The notes beneath the pieces were generated by a model. That model did not search any database. It worked only from the letters and a program-made list of their open reading frames with translations, and was not told the origin of the DNA. Below, piece after piece: positions 38,737 to 53,700 of a stretch of DNA of 64,000 bases. How positions within the stretch are numbered: position 1 is the stretch's first letter; each line of letters begins with the position of its first letter. Both the position numbers and the translations under genes were made by a program. This stretch comes from Bugula neritina (taxonomy: Eukaryota; Animalia; Bryozoa): positions 12,522,818 through 12,586,817 of the forward strand of contig OZ037772.1 of NCBI GenBank assembly GCA_964035545.1, read 5' to 3'.

Positions 38737-41700
38737 ATGGATTGGAGAGTGTCACTGTTGGTTACATTTACTCTCGCCTCACTCTCGCAAGCTGAAGGTA
38801 AGATCCTCACTGAATATTCAGCAAACTGACCTCCCTAGTTACTCCCAAAGAGCTCTAAAATACAGCTGTCCAACTGCATGCTTATTTTAGAGAACAATTA
38901 ATTCTATATCATGCAAGAATTTCAGATAAAAATTTAAATACCAGGTTGGAAAATTCAAATTCCATTTGCTTTGCACTTTCTGCTATTAGAGATATTGCTA
39001 CAAGGTCACTATGGAGTGTGAATTTGTTTACTATAATATGGTGAATAATGTGATATTTATTTAGTGACTGATAAAACACCTCTTCATGTTATCAACAATA
39101 TCTATGTTAGTTTTACACACAGCACTTTAATGTTTTATCTACATGTTTGCTTATTAATAATTCAAATGTTAATGTCAGAAATAACAATAGTCTCTCAACA
39201 CTAAAGGAGCTAATCAACCTCTCCTACTGCTGCCTCTCTCTCTATTGTCGCTGCCTGGGCTGTGAACCTGGTGGTATTTCTGATCTGACTCAAATCATGT
39301 AATAGTTCTGTTTTAGAGAACTGAAACTATTTCCATAGCTTTGAGTGATTCGTATGTTAAATGTTTGCCTGTGCTAAATTTGTTTGAAGGTTTTATTTTA
39401 GGACATGTTAATCTTTTATTTTTGTATCTTGTTTATTGTAAATAATAAAAAATAGCAATAGATCAATGATAAGGAAGTTTTTCAAATAGAAACATTTTTA
39501 CAAGTTTATGAATTTAACATCAAATTTGATTAGACAAAATAACGAATAACTGATTCCTATTGGCCAGGTAAATTACATGATAGCAGATTGCTAGTAACAT
39601 TAGCTGTTAACACGAGTACACTATTTACTTAGCTACACAAGTTAACAAGTAAATTACATGACTATTCAGCAGCTACTATAGACAGCTGCCAGGTGCTGCC
39701 CCCTGCTGACTTTATCTGCTGACTTAGAGTATGCATAAAGCAAACAGATAATTACTACAAGATGTGCCTAGTATGACTCAACTACACACCTCTATCAACA
39801 TCTTCTACAAACAATTATAATCATATCCATTTGCTGCCTTGGCAGCGTAGCTGGAATACAAGCCCGGATCCATTCTCACCAGCTTGGATGTCTGTTTTGA
39901 GGTTGAGCTGTTTGTTTCTCTCTTTGTCCCGACCACAGAACCACTGAACCCTTTGTAATACCCACCAGTGCATAGTTTATATGTAATATAGATATATTAC
40001 CATCTGCTGAGCTTCCTTGAAATATTTGTACTCTCTTAGGACTGGGAATGTTTCCTTTGGTTAGTGTGTATGCAACAGGTACTGTACACTAGTAGTTACT
40101 ACTAGCTTGTACTCTACGAGGAACAGAACCACAGAGCATTCCGGAAGAATCTGAATCAGTAAATTAAACCAGAGTTTTAAACTCATTTTGGCTTCTGGCA
40201 AAAGTTTCAAAATTTGTACAATTTTACTCCCTCCGCCTTTCAAGCTAGTATCCTAACCATTGCACTACATGAGCTACTACAGGGTAGTGACTACAGGGGC
40301 TACTGCAGGGGAATCTCAATACTACAGAACCGAGAACGATTTGCTTTTTATTCAATTCTCTTTCTGCTTTAAAAAGTTTTGCAGTATTATGGCCTTCCAT
40401 TTTTTCAAGCAGCGAAAAAACCTGTGGCTTGTAAATCATAGTCTTGTTGTTTCAATTATTCATAGGATTTGTAACTCTTCAGAGAAAGGGTTTGTAAAGC
40501 GGAGAAGAAAAGGTTGTTTAGATATAAACATCAGGCTTTGTACTGGTTACTACTTAATGCTCCCCAGTTGTTTTAACAGAGTGCTGTTATGTTTGCTCAG
40601 CTCACGTTCTATTTAAATTTGTTTTCTTAAACTAAAACCCCTCTTTAAAATCTCTACCTAGCTGTGTAAGTTGCCTTTGCCAGCCTTAGCCGATAGCATC
40701 CTACAATGCTCCATAGTTTTGCAAGTAGAATATATGTTTTAAAGCTGTTACTTGAAAACAGTGAGCGAGTTATTTAAAAAATATGATTGAATATAATAAA
40801 TAGATATAAATGAATATATTTTGCTAGTAATAAAAAATCATTTCATAGTTGAATATGAGTACCTATTTCTCTTTTGTGACATTCAAATACTGGGTGGGTG
40901 AAAGAATAGCTCCTAAGCCTTCCTAAATACCCTCCTAGTTGTTAAGGGATTTATCAATTCAGATCCAGCCTTAGCAATTTATGATAATTTAATTGTATCT
41001 TACAAATACCAAAGTGTTCTTTGCTTTAATTTCGAATCTCTAAAAACATGGTTGTATTTATTGATATTCAATTAAAATTCAATTACAGCTAAATTATATT
41101 GAATTAAAAGGTGATTTCTGCTAATTCTTATGCACTAGAAGTACAGCCAATCAGTTATAAACACTGGCTCCTAATCACCAAGAGTGAAGGTACATTATGA
41201 TGCCGAGTCTGATAGTAAAGTGAGTCATTTCTGTATTTAAAGTCAGTGAATATAGAATATTTTCATGACACATACTCTTATTAGAGTTATTGTTCTCTAT
41301 TGCATGTTTGTTAACAAAAAAAACTAGATTGTCAGAGAGATAGGGCTTAGAGAGCTCCACAGGAGTTGTTATTGTGAGCTTTTGTCCAAGTCCTATACTC
41401 CTACTTACTTATCTGATAAAACTCAGCATGTCACTAACTAACACCTGCCTTTTCAAGTCAAACTATCATCTTCATAGTTTCACTTGCTTACAGTTTTTAT
41501 TCTCATTTTATGTTAATTCGCTTACTTTATGTCAGTGAAAATTGATAAAACATTCCTACAAGCCTAATCTGTAGAACAAAAAGCACCTGTTGACTTGACT
41601 GGTAGGAAAACAAGTTAGTAATCAGGGGATTATGAAATTCAGCACTTTGCAAATATATTAACTCCTTCTTCACAAACACTCTGTAGACTATCTGACATCC

Positions 41701-44700
41701 CCTACCCACTCTCTCCTCACTGCTCACTTAATCCTCTGGTAGCGGTTGCTAACTTGGTAAACCATTTAAATCAGATCATATTGATGGATATAGATTACCA
41801 ATAACAGGTTATTTATTAATGTTGAACTATTATTGGCTGAGAGTCCTGCAAGTGTATGAAAAGATTTGATTTGTGGATTTGGTTAATACTGTTGATGGTA
41901 ACCAGAGTGGCCATTATTAAACCTGAGTTACAGTAGAACCTGTGTCGGCCATGTTGTGGTGCTTTTTGAACTGATTTCAGCATTTGGCATTCTCTTCGGC
42001 AATCAATTAGTTTATGGCGGCTATTTTTGAATTTTTTTGCCAAAGATTTTATCGACACATGAGTAACGGCCAAAAATGTGACATTATAAATCCAATTAAA
42101 TCAGTGAGCTCTCTCTACATAGACTTGTAACTGTCATGTAACATGTTATACGGAGTGGCACCGTTGGTGAGGGAATAATTTATTTGACTTTACTTGACAT
42201 ATTATCCATTGAGCACTCATGTAATGTATCACTAGTTGTTTGGTTGTCACGGTAACCAAACACTAGGGTTCTTCATTGTTTCCATATAAATATGTTGAGG
42301 AAACAGATTTGGAGGTTCCACAAAACTTGTACATTATCAGTAATTTAACAGGTTGCTCAACAAGGTGGTGAATGCAGCAAATGTTTAGTTATTGGCTATA
42401 AAATGGCACCAGTTTGCCAGAAAACCTCTCACAAAGTAGACAGTATAAAAATTTGATAAACCTTTACAGAGTTTCATCATTTACTAACTATTTATTTTGA
42501 AACAACCAAAAGAGTTTGCAGTGCATTAGATCTAAGTGTCTTTCACCTCTGCCCTATCTCTATGATTATGTAACTTTACTGTGTGCTGGTATACACTACA
42601 TCTACTCCGAGTGTTTACTCTCCCGTATTTTATGTCACAGTTCGCCAGGAATGCACTCTACTACTGCTGGCAGCTGCCAGATAATTGTTGTTTGAGTATT
42701 CCTCACTCTGTACTCCCCAGCAGATAGAAGTAGTTGTTATCAGATCATTGTTGAGTAACCTGCTCTCTACAAGGTCTATTGTGGCTGTAATGGCTCATTA
42801 TTTATCCATTCTAATATAAAAGGTTTGCGCTGGCTAGAATTCTGCTTCCAAATTTACTAAATTCTTTGGCTAAATACACTTCACAAACTTCCAGACGAAG
42901 TAAATAACGCAACATGCAATTTAAGACGAGTAACTGCTTGCCGTTGGCTAGGATATCAATGCTACATTGTTTAGTCACAGCATTGCTTGGGGGAAAAACA
43001 TCCATTACTAGGTAATAACACTTATTTACACGAAATAGTAGGGTGTCAGGGAGATGGAGGCTGTAAGACCTGTAATTCTGTAGGTATCTCCTACATTGTC
43101 ATTGTGAAGTGGACCAGCTGCTAAATTCGGATTTCTTATCCATTAGCTGAGTTTATAAAATTATTTTTTCAGCTTCATTAAACAGGATTGCATAACTCTG
43201 GGATGCTGTAGGAATGTACACTGAAGACGCAGTAACTGCTTCATTGACTTTGTAGAGGCAAGGGTGTGATAAAATCTATATTAAGATTGCAAGTTTCACA
43301 TTTAATTTTGAAAGGCAGCGAATTTCCACTGATATGAGTCACTTGCTCTGCTGATTGCCAGAAGCAGAGAGAAAGTTTAGCTAATTTAGCTCTCTGCTCT
43401 TACATAAGCTCTTTCACTAACATTTCTCTCCTTTTGAAGTCTCCCATACCTCCACAAAATAAATACTTTAAATTGATTTGAACTAATTAAAATGTTTTCA
43501 CTTTGACCAGCTTGTTTACTTTAGAAGTTTATTTTAATTTGTCTACTGTGTAGTATGTGTGCTAACCTGTTAGTCAAACTTTCAGTGTGTTCCGAGTATA
43601 AAATGTCACTATTTTATTTGTGAAACTCAGAATTTTAAACACGGAGAATTAATGAAATTGTTTGTATTCACATCGGTAATCCCTGTTGCTAGCCTGTAAG
43701 ACAACCAGAATGCTTGCTTTAGGGTGTCTCCTTACCTCTAACAGTTCGATATGCATTGATTGCCCCTTTGAGTTGTCGGCATTATATAAATAATATATAA
43801 TATTTATCTTGTTGGCCTATTTTACACAACATTGTCAATACATATAAACCTGCTCGTTTATTTTACAAGCTCTAGAATTTTATTATTGACAATTTTATTT
43901 TTTTTTTAATTAGCTAAACAGTAAAAGCATACTACAAAAGCAATCTGTTGGGTTGGTAACCTCTTACTGCTAGAAAGTTCCTATTTGAATGAAAATCTTT
44001 AATCATATAAAAAGCTTTGTTCACTTCAACTAATCTCCGTCCCAGGTTTCTAGTCTTTTCTGCATTTTGATTACACTTTAAACTTTTTGTAACCACTATT
44101 AAATATCAATTAATTTAGTGAACTGTATATTTTGGCTAACCACTGCACTGCAAGGTGACAGGGGCACCAGTGCTTGCGGTTGTATCACGGATAATGTGAT
44201 GCAAGATTTCTTGTTATTTTATTTGTTGAGTCTCCAACCATCATTTTTATATCATGAGTCAATGCATGTCAAAACCATTGAATGAGATTCTCTTTTCAGT
44301 CACCTAGTTTACGATATATTTGATTCGTATTTCATGATGTTGATTGAATATTATTCTTGGATACAGCAACTGCTAAATTTACTATAATCACAAACCAATG
44401 GTCAGCACTTTTATACAAACTTCATACTCTTTAAACTATTCCCTTTCACGGAGTCAGTAGGTAATGTCGTTCCTTCATTCAAATTTTAGTAGCTTTAATT
44501 TTGTATCATGTTACATTTTTAGTCCGATTTGGTTATCGATAAGGAACGCTAACACAAGCAGTAATTGTAGTTTAGGATAATAAGCTGAATTAGAAGTTGA
44601 ATCATATATTATATGTTGGCCGAGATTGTAATTCAAATCCTATTAAATTTCTTTCTCCGCACTAAGTCAAGAGATTGTAAGAGATTTGTCTGTTAAGAAT

Positions 44701-47700
44701 GTAAATCTTGTTTCAGAGTGATTCTACTTGTGTGGGAATATCAGACATGCACTGTAACACAGTGTGAATTAATCTTTTATTATAAATCCCAAATAAATGT
44801 GGTTAAAAAACAAGACTTTGCACCAAAAATAAAACCAAGAAAAACTAATGCTTTCAAACTTGTAGTGTAAATAATGTTTGCTACTAGATGAAAGGACCAA
44901 TTGTGAATAAACACTCTTCTAACAGCTCTCATCTCTTGTAACAACACTTATTTCCTGGTATCAGTTTTGTTCTAGCAGGCAGCAAGGGAGGTTGCAGGTC
45001 ACGTGACATCATTGGCACCAGGTTTTCTCCACCAGATAGTCTGGTTCTGTATTCAAGGTAGACAGCGTCTGCTGCTGCCAATATTAGAGAAGTTTATTGC
45101 CGTTAGTGCTGAGCAATGTACTATTCTAATGTTATAGAATGTTTACCAGCAGACAGCTTATCCTACAAGTATTTTCTATAACCTGGTTACACCTTTAGTG
45201 ATGAATGGGGCAATAATCCTTTCTGAATCAGTCTGCACAGCCATATTGGTGAACTATTGATATTTATAAATTGCATTTTGATGTGGTATAATCCTATTAG
45301 GGGTCATGAACTCTACCATTTTATTTCTAAACATCTATTTCGGACTTGTTATGCTGGCTGTTTAACAGGAAGTCCATACTTCTTTCTGTCATGTCACTCT
45401 CGCTTTACTTTCTGGTGAAATTACTGATAGTTAAAATTTAGAAATTAGAGTTAAAAATGATGGCAGTTTTTTACCTAGTTGGTTTCCAAGTTAGAACCCA
45501 AAGTTGTATAACATTATTTTGGATTTCAATTGACACTATTAATGCGTCTTGATGGAATTTAGTTGCACAACACAAATAAAGTTATTAAGCCATCTGGCAG
45601 AACTGTGTTATTATCATGAGAACTAGCAGTTATAGCTTTATCTCCTTCCAATGACCTCTTCAGCTGATATTCATTACTTTGAAGAGAATTTTTTTAAGTA
45701 CAAGCACCTCTTCGGCTTAAGCTTATCTTCAAACTTCTGAATACAAACATACTTGAAGAAAGGGCATTTCTTTGCACCATTACTTGATATCTTATCTCTA
45801 GTAATAAACACAGACGCCTTCTCTCTGAGAGCTGGGTGCAGTCAGTTCTAGAAATGTCGATTTGATAACAGCAGCTGAAGTTACACTTTAGGACAATATG
45901 TCTTCTTCATTTTTAGTTTTGTTTATTTATTGGCCTCAGATCTACTGCTTGGCTGCTACATTGCTCTCTACACAAGACATCATTGTGTTGAAACAAATAA
46001 ACTTATTAGATATGCAGAAGGGGAAATCAGCATTTCTGAATTTTGACTGGCTGGATTGTAAATTCTTCGAAATAGATGAAAAACAGAAACATGAGTTTAA
46101 GTAACCGCATGACTATCCTAAGCTTGTTCCTCCAACTGGTATTTTAACTGCAAATTACAGCAGAATTATGTTGTTCAAATCAGCTTTGAGTTTTAGTGGT
46201 TTGGGCATTACGTAATCAACACTCTTGTTTCTTTTCATGTCTCTCCACCCATTACAGATGTTTTGTCTTTCTAGCAATTATAATACTTTTTTCTATTTAA
46301 TACTCACAGCAGATTAAAACTGAAGTCCAGGCTCAAACTCGTTTGTGGCATCTTCTTCCAATTTTTGTGGTAAAAAGAATCATTATCTAGTTTGTACAGA
46401 CCAATTAACTGTTGTCTCAACAGACCTCTCTATTGGTTTCTACTCCAAGTTTACTGTATTTTTTAATAAGTAATTGTAGTAATTAAGATAATTATAACAA
46501 AAATCTTGAGTTTTAGTGGATAATTTCATCTACTTGACACACTGAGTGTTGGCCTCTCTCTATGAGACTGGCTCCTGTCAACGTACTAGTATTCTAGTAG
46601 CTTGGGGCACCTGCAACCACCTTGTCATCTCTTCTATAAACATTATCATCACTGAATATAAATTTGCTGTGTTTCTGTTAGTTGGAGTATTCTAGCTGTT
46701 GACAGGGATAAGGTTATGGAATGCTCCAGGTTTTTTGTAAAGTTCGTGTAGCTAGAATCAATACTTAGTTATTAAACTGTGTGAAAAAGTAGGAATAGCT
46801 GAGGGGGCCAACTGCTAGCAAGTGCTACCTTATCAATGTCAACAAAAAACAAGTGGTTGACATCTGAGAACAAGTACTTTGTATGGGTGTCACTTATTAT
46901 GTAATTATCAAGTTGAGTGATAATCTGTATTGATGTATATATAATAAGTCTGTTGAATAACTTTTTGAGCACAATTTGATCACATCCATTGTGAGAGTAC
47001 CTGCTGCTCTCATGAGAGCGGTGACGTTGTGACTTTGATGAATGTCCTCAAATTTAAGAACATTTTTATAACCTAAGCTGCTTGTTAAATGAAAGTCAAC
47101 TCATCAAGTGATTGCAAACTAAATAACAATAAAAATAAATCTAGACTATAAACTTTAAACCACCCTGGCTTTGGTGCAGAATCTGTAATTCTAATTGCCT
47201 TATTCACTGATTTAAATGTTTTTTTATTTCAATTTTTCTTTGATCTGACAAACGACAATAACATTCCTGTCATTCATTTGGCAAGCACTTGTCTGTCATG
47301 TCAACTCAATATAAGCTCACCAACAAGTGGCTCTTGATATCTCATTTATACACTGAACATAAAAACAAGCACCTTGCAGGCCCAGATTTACAAGCACCTT
47401 CCATCTATTGTCATATAATTTTCATATAAAAGATGTATAATATACCACACATGAAACATACTCCCTACTTACCTATGCACCTATTAACAAATACCTTACA
47501 TGTCTAGACAAGTTACTCTTTCAGATTTTCTATTTAAAATAAAATTTATTTAATGTTTTGTATACAAACAGTTGCAGGATCTGTTTTCACCATAAAATGT
47601 GGAGTCATCTGTAACTTGTACCCGAATGTTTTTATTCTTAGAAAACTAAAACAAAAAGCAATGCTCTTGTTAAACCTCAAGTATTCAGGAATTTGAGTCT

Positions 47701-50700
47701 TCCATAAGAAAATGGCTGTAAAAGTAAATTCCAACCTGTCCTGGAATCCGATTACCGAGTCTCTATTTCTCTGTAGATGCGTGTGTGAGTGACGCACTGG
47801 GTATGGCTAGCGGAGCTATAAAAGATGAGGCCATCACCGCAAGTTCCTTTGAGCCGGGTTCCGAACCAAAATACGGAAGACACGGGGATACGAATGAGAG
47901 ACGAGCCAGTGCCTGGTGTCCTGCCAACTATGTGGACATCAACACGTACGAGTGGCTGCAGGTACCTCCCTCAATTTACAAGTATTTCCACCTAAGACCC
48001 ACAGGTTAACTGACTCTGTTTCTGCTATTAAGCCATTGTTCTGTATGTATGGAAAATGAAAAAATAATAAATTGCTTATTAATAATTGAGCACCAATATC
48101 TATGGAGAATTGAAGTTAATATTTCATGTATACTAAATTATATTAAACAAATTGAATTTATTTAAGGCCAGCTGGGAAAGTTGTGTAGTCTATTCTGTTA
48201 TCTTGAAAATGATAACTCCGAAATACACCTACCTGCCGCGTCATGTCGAGTGTCAATGTACTTGCAGGTGGATTTCCTGGAAATGGTGACCATCACACAC
48301 GTGGTGATCGGCGGGGAGTTTAACGACGGAGTGGGTCTCAGATATACTAAGAAGTACAGAATAGAGTACCAGAGGACGGAGAGTGAGGGGTGGCAACAGT
48401 TCGTAAACACTGATGGAACTCAGGTTAGTCGTTACGGCATCGAGTTGGTCTCTCAGTGTCAACTCATTGATGAGTTTTATATTTTATTGTCAACTATTAA
48501 CTAAAACTTTGGTAAATGATGACTATCAATACCAAATCATCAAGGCTCACTAATTCTATCAACTACTAATGACAGGAACAGCTAGTAACTAACAACTATA
48601 ATAACTAGTAACTAGTAATGACCACCAGATATTGCATAATATCTCACTCAATGAGTCAGCAAGCAGCTATCAACATTGACTCCTGGGATCAGATAGTTTC
48701 CTATCTCAATACCTGACAATCAGAGTATCTTGTCTTCTATCAGATTAACAAGTACAGTTAGATGTTATCACTGAGATATAGCTGAATGGAATGTTGGTAT
48801 TGTGATTATATACAGCAATGTGTTCTATCATCACTCTCAAGTCTTACTCTGATTATTATTTTCAATTATCACAACTTGCTCAGCCCAAAATAAACAGAGA
48901 ATTACCATAAAAATAGCTAGAAATTTAGCCTTGAATCTACTTCAGTAAAAGTTGTCCAGGGTAGTCAAGGAGCAGCCCTAACTAACAAGGTGTGTTAGCC
49001 TTAGACCCTGTAGTGGCTGCAGATCAAAGAGGCTAAACAAACATTGAGCCAGATTTCACACTAAGGTGCTGTTTGTTGAAAATGCAGCAATGAATTCATT
49101 ACCTCCAATGTTATTCTTTGTACATCTGCACCATTGGCACAGGCTGTGTGGGAAACCTGCTACACAGTGTCAACATACCAAGAACCTGCTGTGGCAGTCA
49201 CTCCAGACACCTGCACGCTTGTCTCACTTTAAACTTTCTACGAAAAAGGCCATACTTTGGCACACAAGTCTGCAAGCTAAGAGGAATTTTCTAGAAGTTC
49301 TCATCGCTACCCTTGACATTGGCAATTACTGTAATTACATTACATAACCTCTGGTAACAGTTGTATTGGAAACTCTGCATTTCTGTTTACACAAATTACT
49401 AAAACACAGTGTTTAATGTGATTAAAGAGACCAGACTTTGATGCTCATCATGTGGTGTGACTAAATGAGACAGCTGGGCCAATGCTTCTCTCTGCTTCTA
49501 ATCAATGAAGCTGTTATTAGGAGAAAAAGTAGGCCACCAGCTCGGAATTTATAACTTCGTTGGCCAATAAATAAAGTATTGTAATTTATTCTGATAATGT
49601 TGTTAATTTGCTCAGTCATAGGAAGCTGGAAACCACAATTTAAATTAAATATGTTTTTTTTTTAAATTTATCGAGACAGAAGATAATTTTATGTTTGTTA
49701 TGGTGAATCTCGCAAATACCAGTTCATGTTGTAGTATTAATAACTCAACAGAATGCAAATAAATCATGCGAAGCTATACAGGGTTACGTGATCCCTAAAT
49801 GTGTCATCCAATATGGAGTTGATTATGACATAATTTCTGGGAAATATTTCAATTTGAAGCATGCAAAAGGCAAACGCAAGGTTGACAGAGGATGTTTTTG
49901 TGTGTTGTTGTTCATGCAGAATGTTTATTGGAGATATTTGTGCAGCTATGAATTGGATACAGATTTCCTTTCATTTAGTCATGCAGGCTAAACTGTAACC
50001 CAAGAAGGCATTAATTAGCTGAGGGCCTCTTTCTTAATGAGAGTTTTACTGTAACTCCTCTACAATACACAATGATACTGTAGCTCCTCTACAATACACA
50101 TTGATACTGTAACTCCTCTACAATACACAATGATGCTGAAACAGTAATTGCTATAGAATAAAAGAAGAATGCTGTACTGTTGATGGTAGTTCGAATGTTT
50201 TACTTTTGGCTACTTTCCAAGAGATTTCCTTTATTTGCTTTTATATTTTGTAGCAAAAATTGCATAATTTCTTGTTTTATAAACAATGGCATTTTTTCCT
50301 AAACGCAGCTGTATGAGTAGACAGCAGTTTAGAGTTCAGACAGATGGTTTCTAATGGTAGTATCTTATTCAAATACTTTACGTATGTAGAAACTAAAACA
50401 CTAGAAGCTCACAAACATTGAGCAAAGTTTTAGCAGCTGGCGATATTGGGGTGTTACAGTAGTTACAGAAGATACATTGTTACAGTGATTTAGATACGTT
50501 AATTAGTATAAATATTTGCCACTGCCTGCCATGTTAAGCACCCATTGTGCAGCACACGATCAGATATTCCTCTATCAATATTCCTGGTCCTACAACAACA
50601 CACTGCCCGCATACTAATAATTGTATGTCACTTCTCATTGTCAATACATACTCAGTGAGTAGTAAACACACAGGTGCTGTAGGTAGGCATGTCATAGAGG

Positions 50701-53700
50701 GGGAAGTGTTCGTTACATCACTTTGAAATGTTAGAACCAGCAGCAGTTTCATGCTGAGAAAGTTTGAACAGCTCTACTGTTAAACAATTCCTTTCTTCCT
50801 GCTACTACTTTGAGGAAACATTTCTCTCACCACCAAAAATAAAGTTAAAGCAACATAAAATTATTGTATTTTGTTACTTTCAGTTAAAAATATTTTGTGG
50901 ATTTCCTCAGAAACTTATTTTGTGTTTTTGTTCTGTAGATATTTCCTGGTTCCAACAATGGCCGTCTCTCTAAATTCAACCCTACTAACGGCACTCTACT
51001 CGCTGCCAGAGTTAGAATTATCCCCCTTGCAGAGGTGCTGGAGGAAGCCTGCCTTCGGGTAGAGTTTTATGGCTGCTTCAGACAGGGAATAGCCAGTTAC
51101 AACATACCTCAAGGTGCGTGAGAGTTGTCTTATCTCCCAAGAATTGCTGGACTTGACAGTTTATACAGAAATATGAATGCTTTCTAAAGCAATTTGTTTA
51201 TGTTATATATTTAGTATAAAATACAACCCATATGTGGTTGGGTTGTTTCCTCTCCAATCAGCTGGTTTATTTAACTAACATTTTATTGTTGTCATCAGAA
51301 TAGAAAGTTGTCCGCCACTCATAACTCTCACATTTAGCTCTATAAAAAGACTATTGCTATTCAAGCTCATCTCATATATTTAATATTATGCGCAGGTGAT
51401 GTAAGGAGTACAGGAAATGACCTCATAGACCGGAGCTATGATGGTGAAGCATCAGGTGGCCGACTCATTGATGGTCTTGGTAAGTAATCGTACATACTTG
51501 ACTGAGACTTGAATAACTTGACTGACTCGGTTTCATATTTGACCTTGGTGTTATACTAGACCGCTACTTGAGCCACACGACTTGTTATTTGACTCGCTAT
51601 ACCTCCAGTCTCCAAGAGTCTTGTAATGAACTCTGTTGTCGTTTGCGCAGGTATCCTAACCGACGGTAAGGTAGGAGGAAATGACTTCACGCTGTCTCCC
51701 ACGGCGTGGCTCGGTTGGAAGAGTGACTTGCGCTCCATCGTGGAGTTGTTCTTCGAGATGGACCACCTGAGGAACATCTCTGGAGTTAGCATCTTCAGCA
51801 ACAACCAGGGCACCAAAGACGTAGAGGTGAGTGTCGGTTGGGGGTTGTTTCTTGTAATTATCCCCCCTTGGCACTGTTAGAGCTAAATTTAAGTTTATTT
51901 GTATCTTTCTCCAAAACCTTTTCTAATTATTACTGAAGTAGGTTTACAGTAGTCAGTTTAATAATCAGTAAAAGAAGTAACTTTACCTGATTGCAGTCAC
52001 TCATAAGTTTGATTTGGAAAGTTGATTAAAACTTAGAACCACAAGAGTTGAATTTGCAAATACTTTTCACTCCTGGAGTTGATTGAAAGTGGTTGAATAT
52101 AAATTATGTGCTCAGAAAGTTTTTCCTGCATCTTAAAATACCTTAAAATGGTTTCGCGTCATTAATTAAGAAGTATATTTATTGAAGAAAGTATTTACTG
52201 GGAGAATGCCATGAAAGATTGCAATCTAAATAATTTACCCTAAACTCCGGTCAGTTGGGTACAGAAAGAATTAGTAGCTACTCTTTGGTAAAAAAGGGAA
52301 ATTACCCAACATACTTATCCCATAAACCCTGATTAATGACTCAGTTAGTACCCAAAGACATTGGAATATAATTATTTTGATTATTCTCTAAGATAATTAA
52401 TTAATTGAATACGTGTGTGAGTTGTTGATTTAGTAGTAGCTGAGTTACTATGATTAAAGAAGACTCTGTCATTCAATGAGTTGTCAAAATTGTCGGCCAT
52501 TTTAGAAGTTAGGTTGCTAGTGAATTTGATTTCCCAGCTCTAAAAATGAACAAGTTTAATTTTTAAATGGTCTGTAATTCCAATTGATTTTTATTAGTTT
52601 CTGACATTCTAGAATTTTCTATTATTACATTATGTACTTGCAGGTGTTCATTAGAGCTACTATATACACAAGCATAGATGAACCAACTTTCGACGAGGAC
52701 CCGGTAATCGAACACCGCCCAGTGCGGGACGTCTCCGAGTCCAGCCGTTGGGTGCCCATCACATTCGGTCCGGTAGTTGCTAAGTTTGTCAAGGTTAGTA
52801 CTTGCTATGAAACTTCTGAGTTACATTCACTAACTACCAGTTGGATTAGTCTTACCTACTGACTAGTATATTTCTACGCAGTACTATTGGAACAGTTACT
52901 AATATACTGATGAAGGTTGTTATAAAACTGCTATTAGTTTACTCTTTTAATTATACAGTTATGATGTATTTGACAACTCTTGTAGATCGTGCTGGATTTC
53001 AACAAGAGGTGGATACTAATAGGGGAAGTGACCTTCAACTCTACGCTAGTAGTCGGGCCGTATCCGCAAGAAGCCAGCTCCGTGCCGCCAGCCCTGAGCT
53101 CTACCAGTACAGATGCACCAAAAATTAGCGAGAAGACAACTATTATGGCCATCAAACAGCCAACCCCAGACGGTATGTGTCACAGCACTTGTGTTACGGA
53201 ACCAATTGTTTTACAAACACATTTTTATTTATAACAATATTTTTTCATAGGTTTGCTATTGACTGTTCCCATCTTTGAGGTGCCATTGCCAGGTAACATC
53301 AGTGTACTGCTTACACCCCGCACACCCTTACAGTACACACAGCTGTGTCGTTGTACCTCAACCTCTACTTCTGTTGTATTTTACCCTCTCTCTTGTAGTA
53401 CAATCATCTACTGCCCCGGAAATAGTGATTGATGGTAACCATGGTAGCAACAACAACAACAACAAAGCCTCTCCTGTCATAGATGGGTCACTCATAGGTG
53501 AGTAGATGTCACCTCTTGTTGTTTACATGACACGACATGTGCTAGCATGTACTGTTACTCCGTGTCATAGAGTTCTCTTCCCTGAGTGACATGGCTACTT
53601 GATGATGTCATGTATATATCACAACAGAAGGCTGAACTCTGCGTATTTCTTGGTATTACTGGCAATATATTGCTGGAAAGTTGTGATAGTGGCAATAACT

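Noticed and set aside
40061-40616. Cluster of overlapping ORFs in a DDR intron
   Set aside because: No recognisable motif or supporting splice structure.
41929-42325. TA-CAGTAGAACC resembling a Tc1/mariner or pogo terminus
   Set aside because: Only a partial matching inverted end (ggttccac) and no TA duplication.
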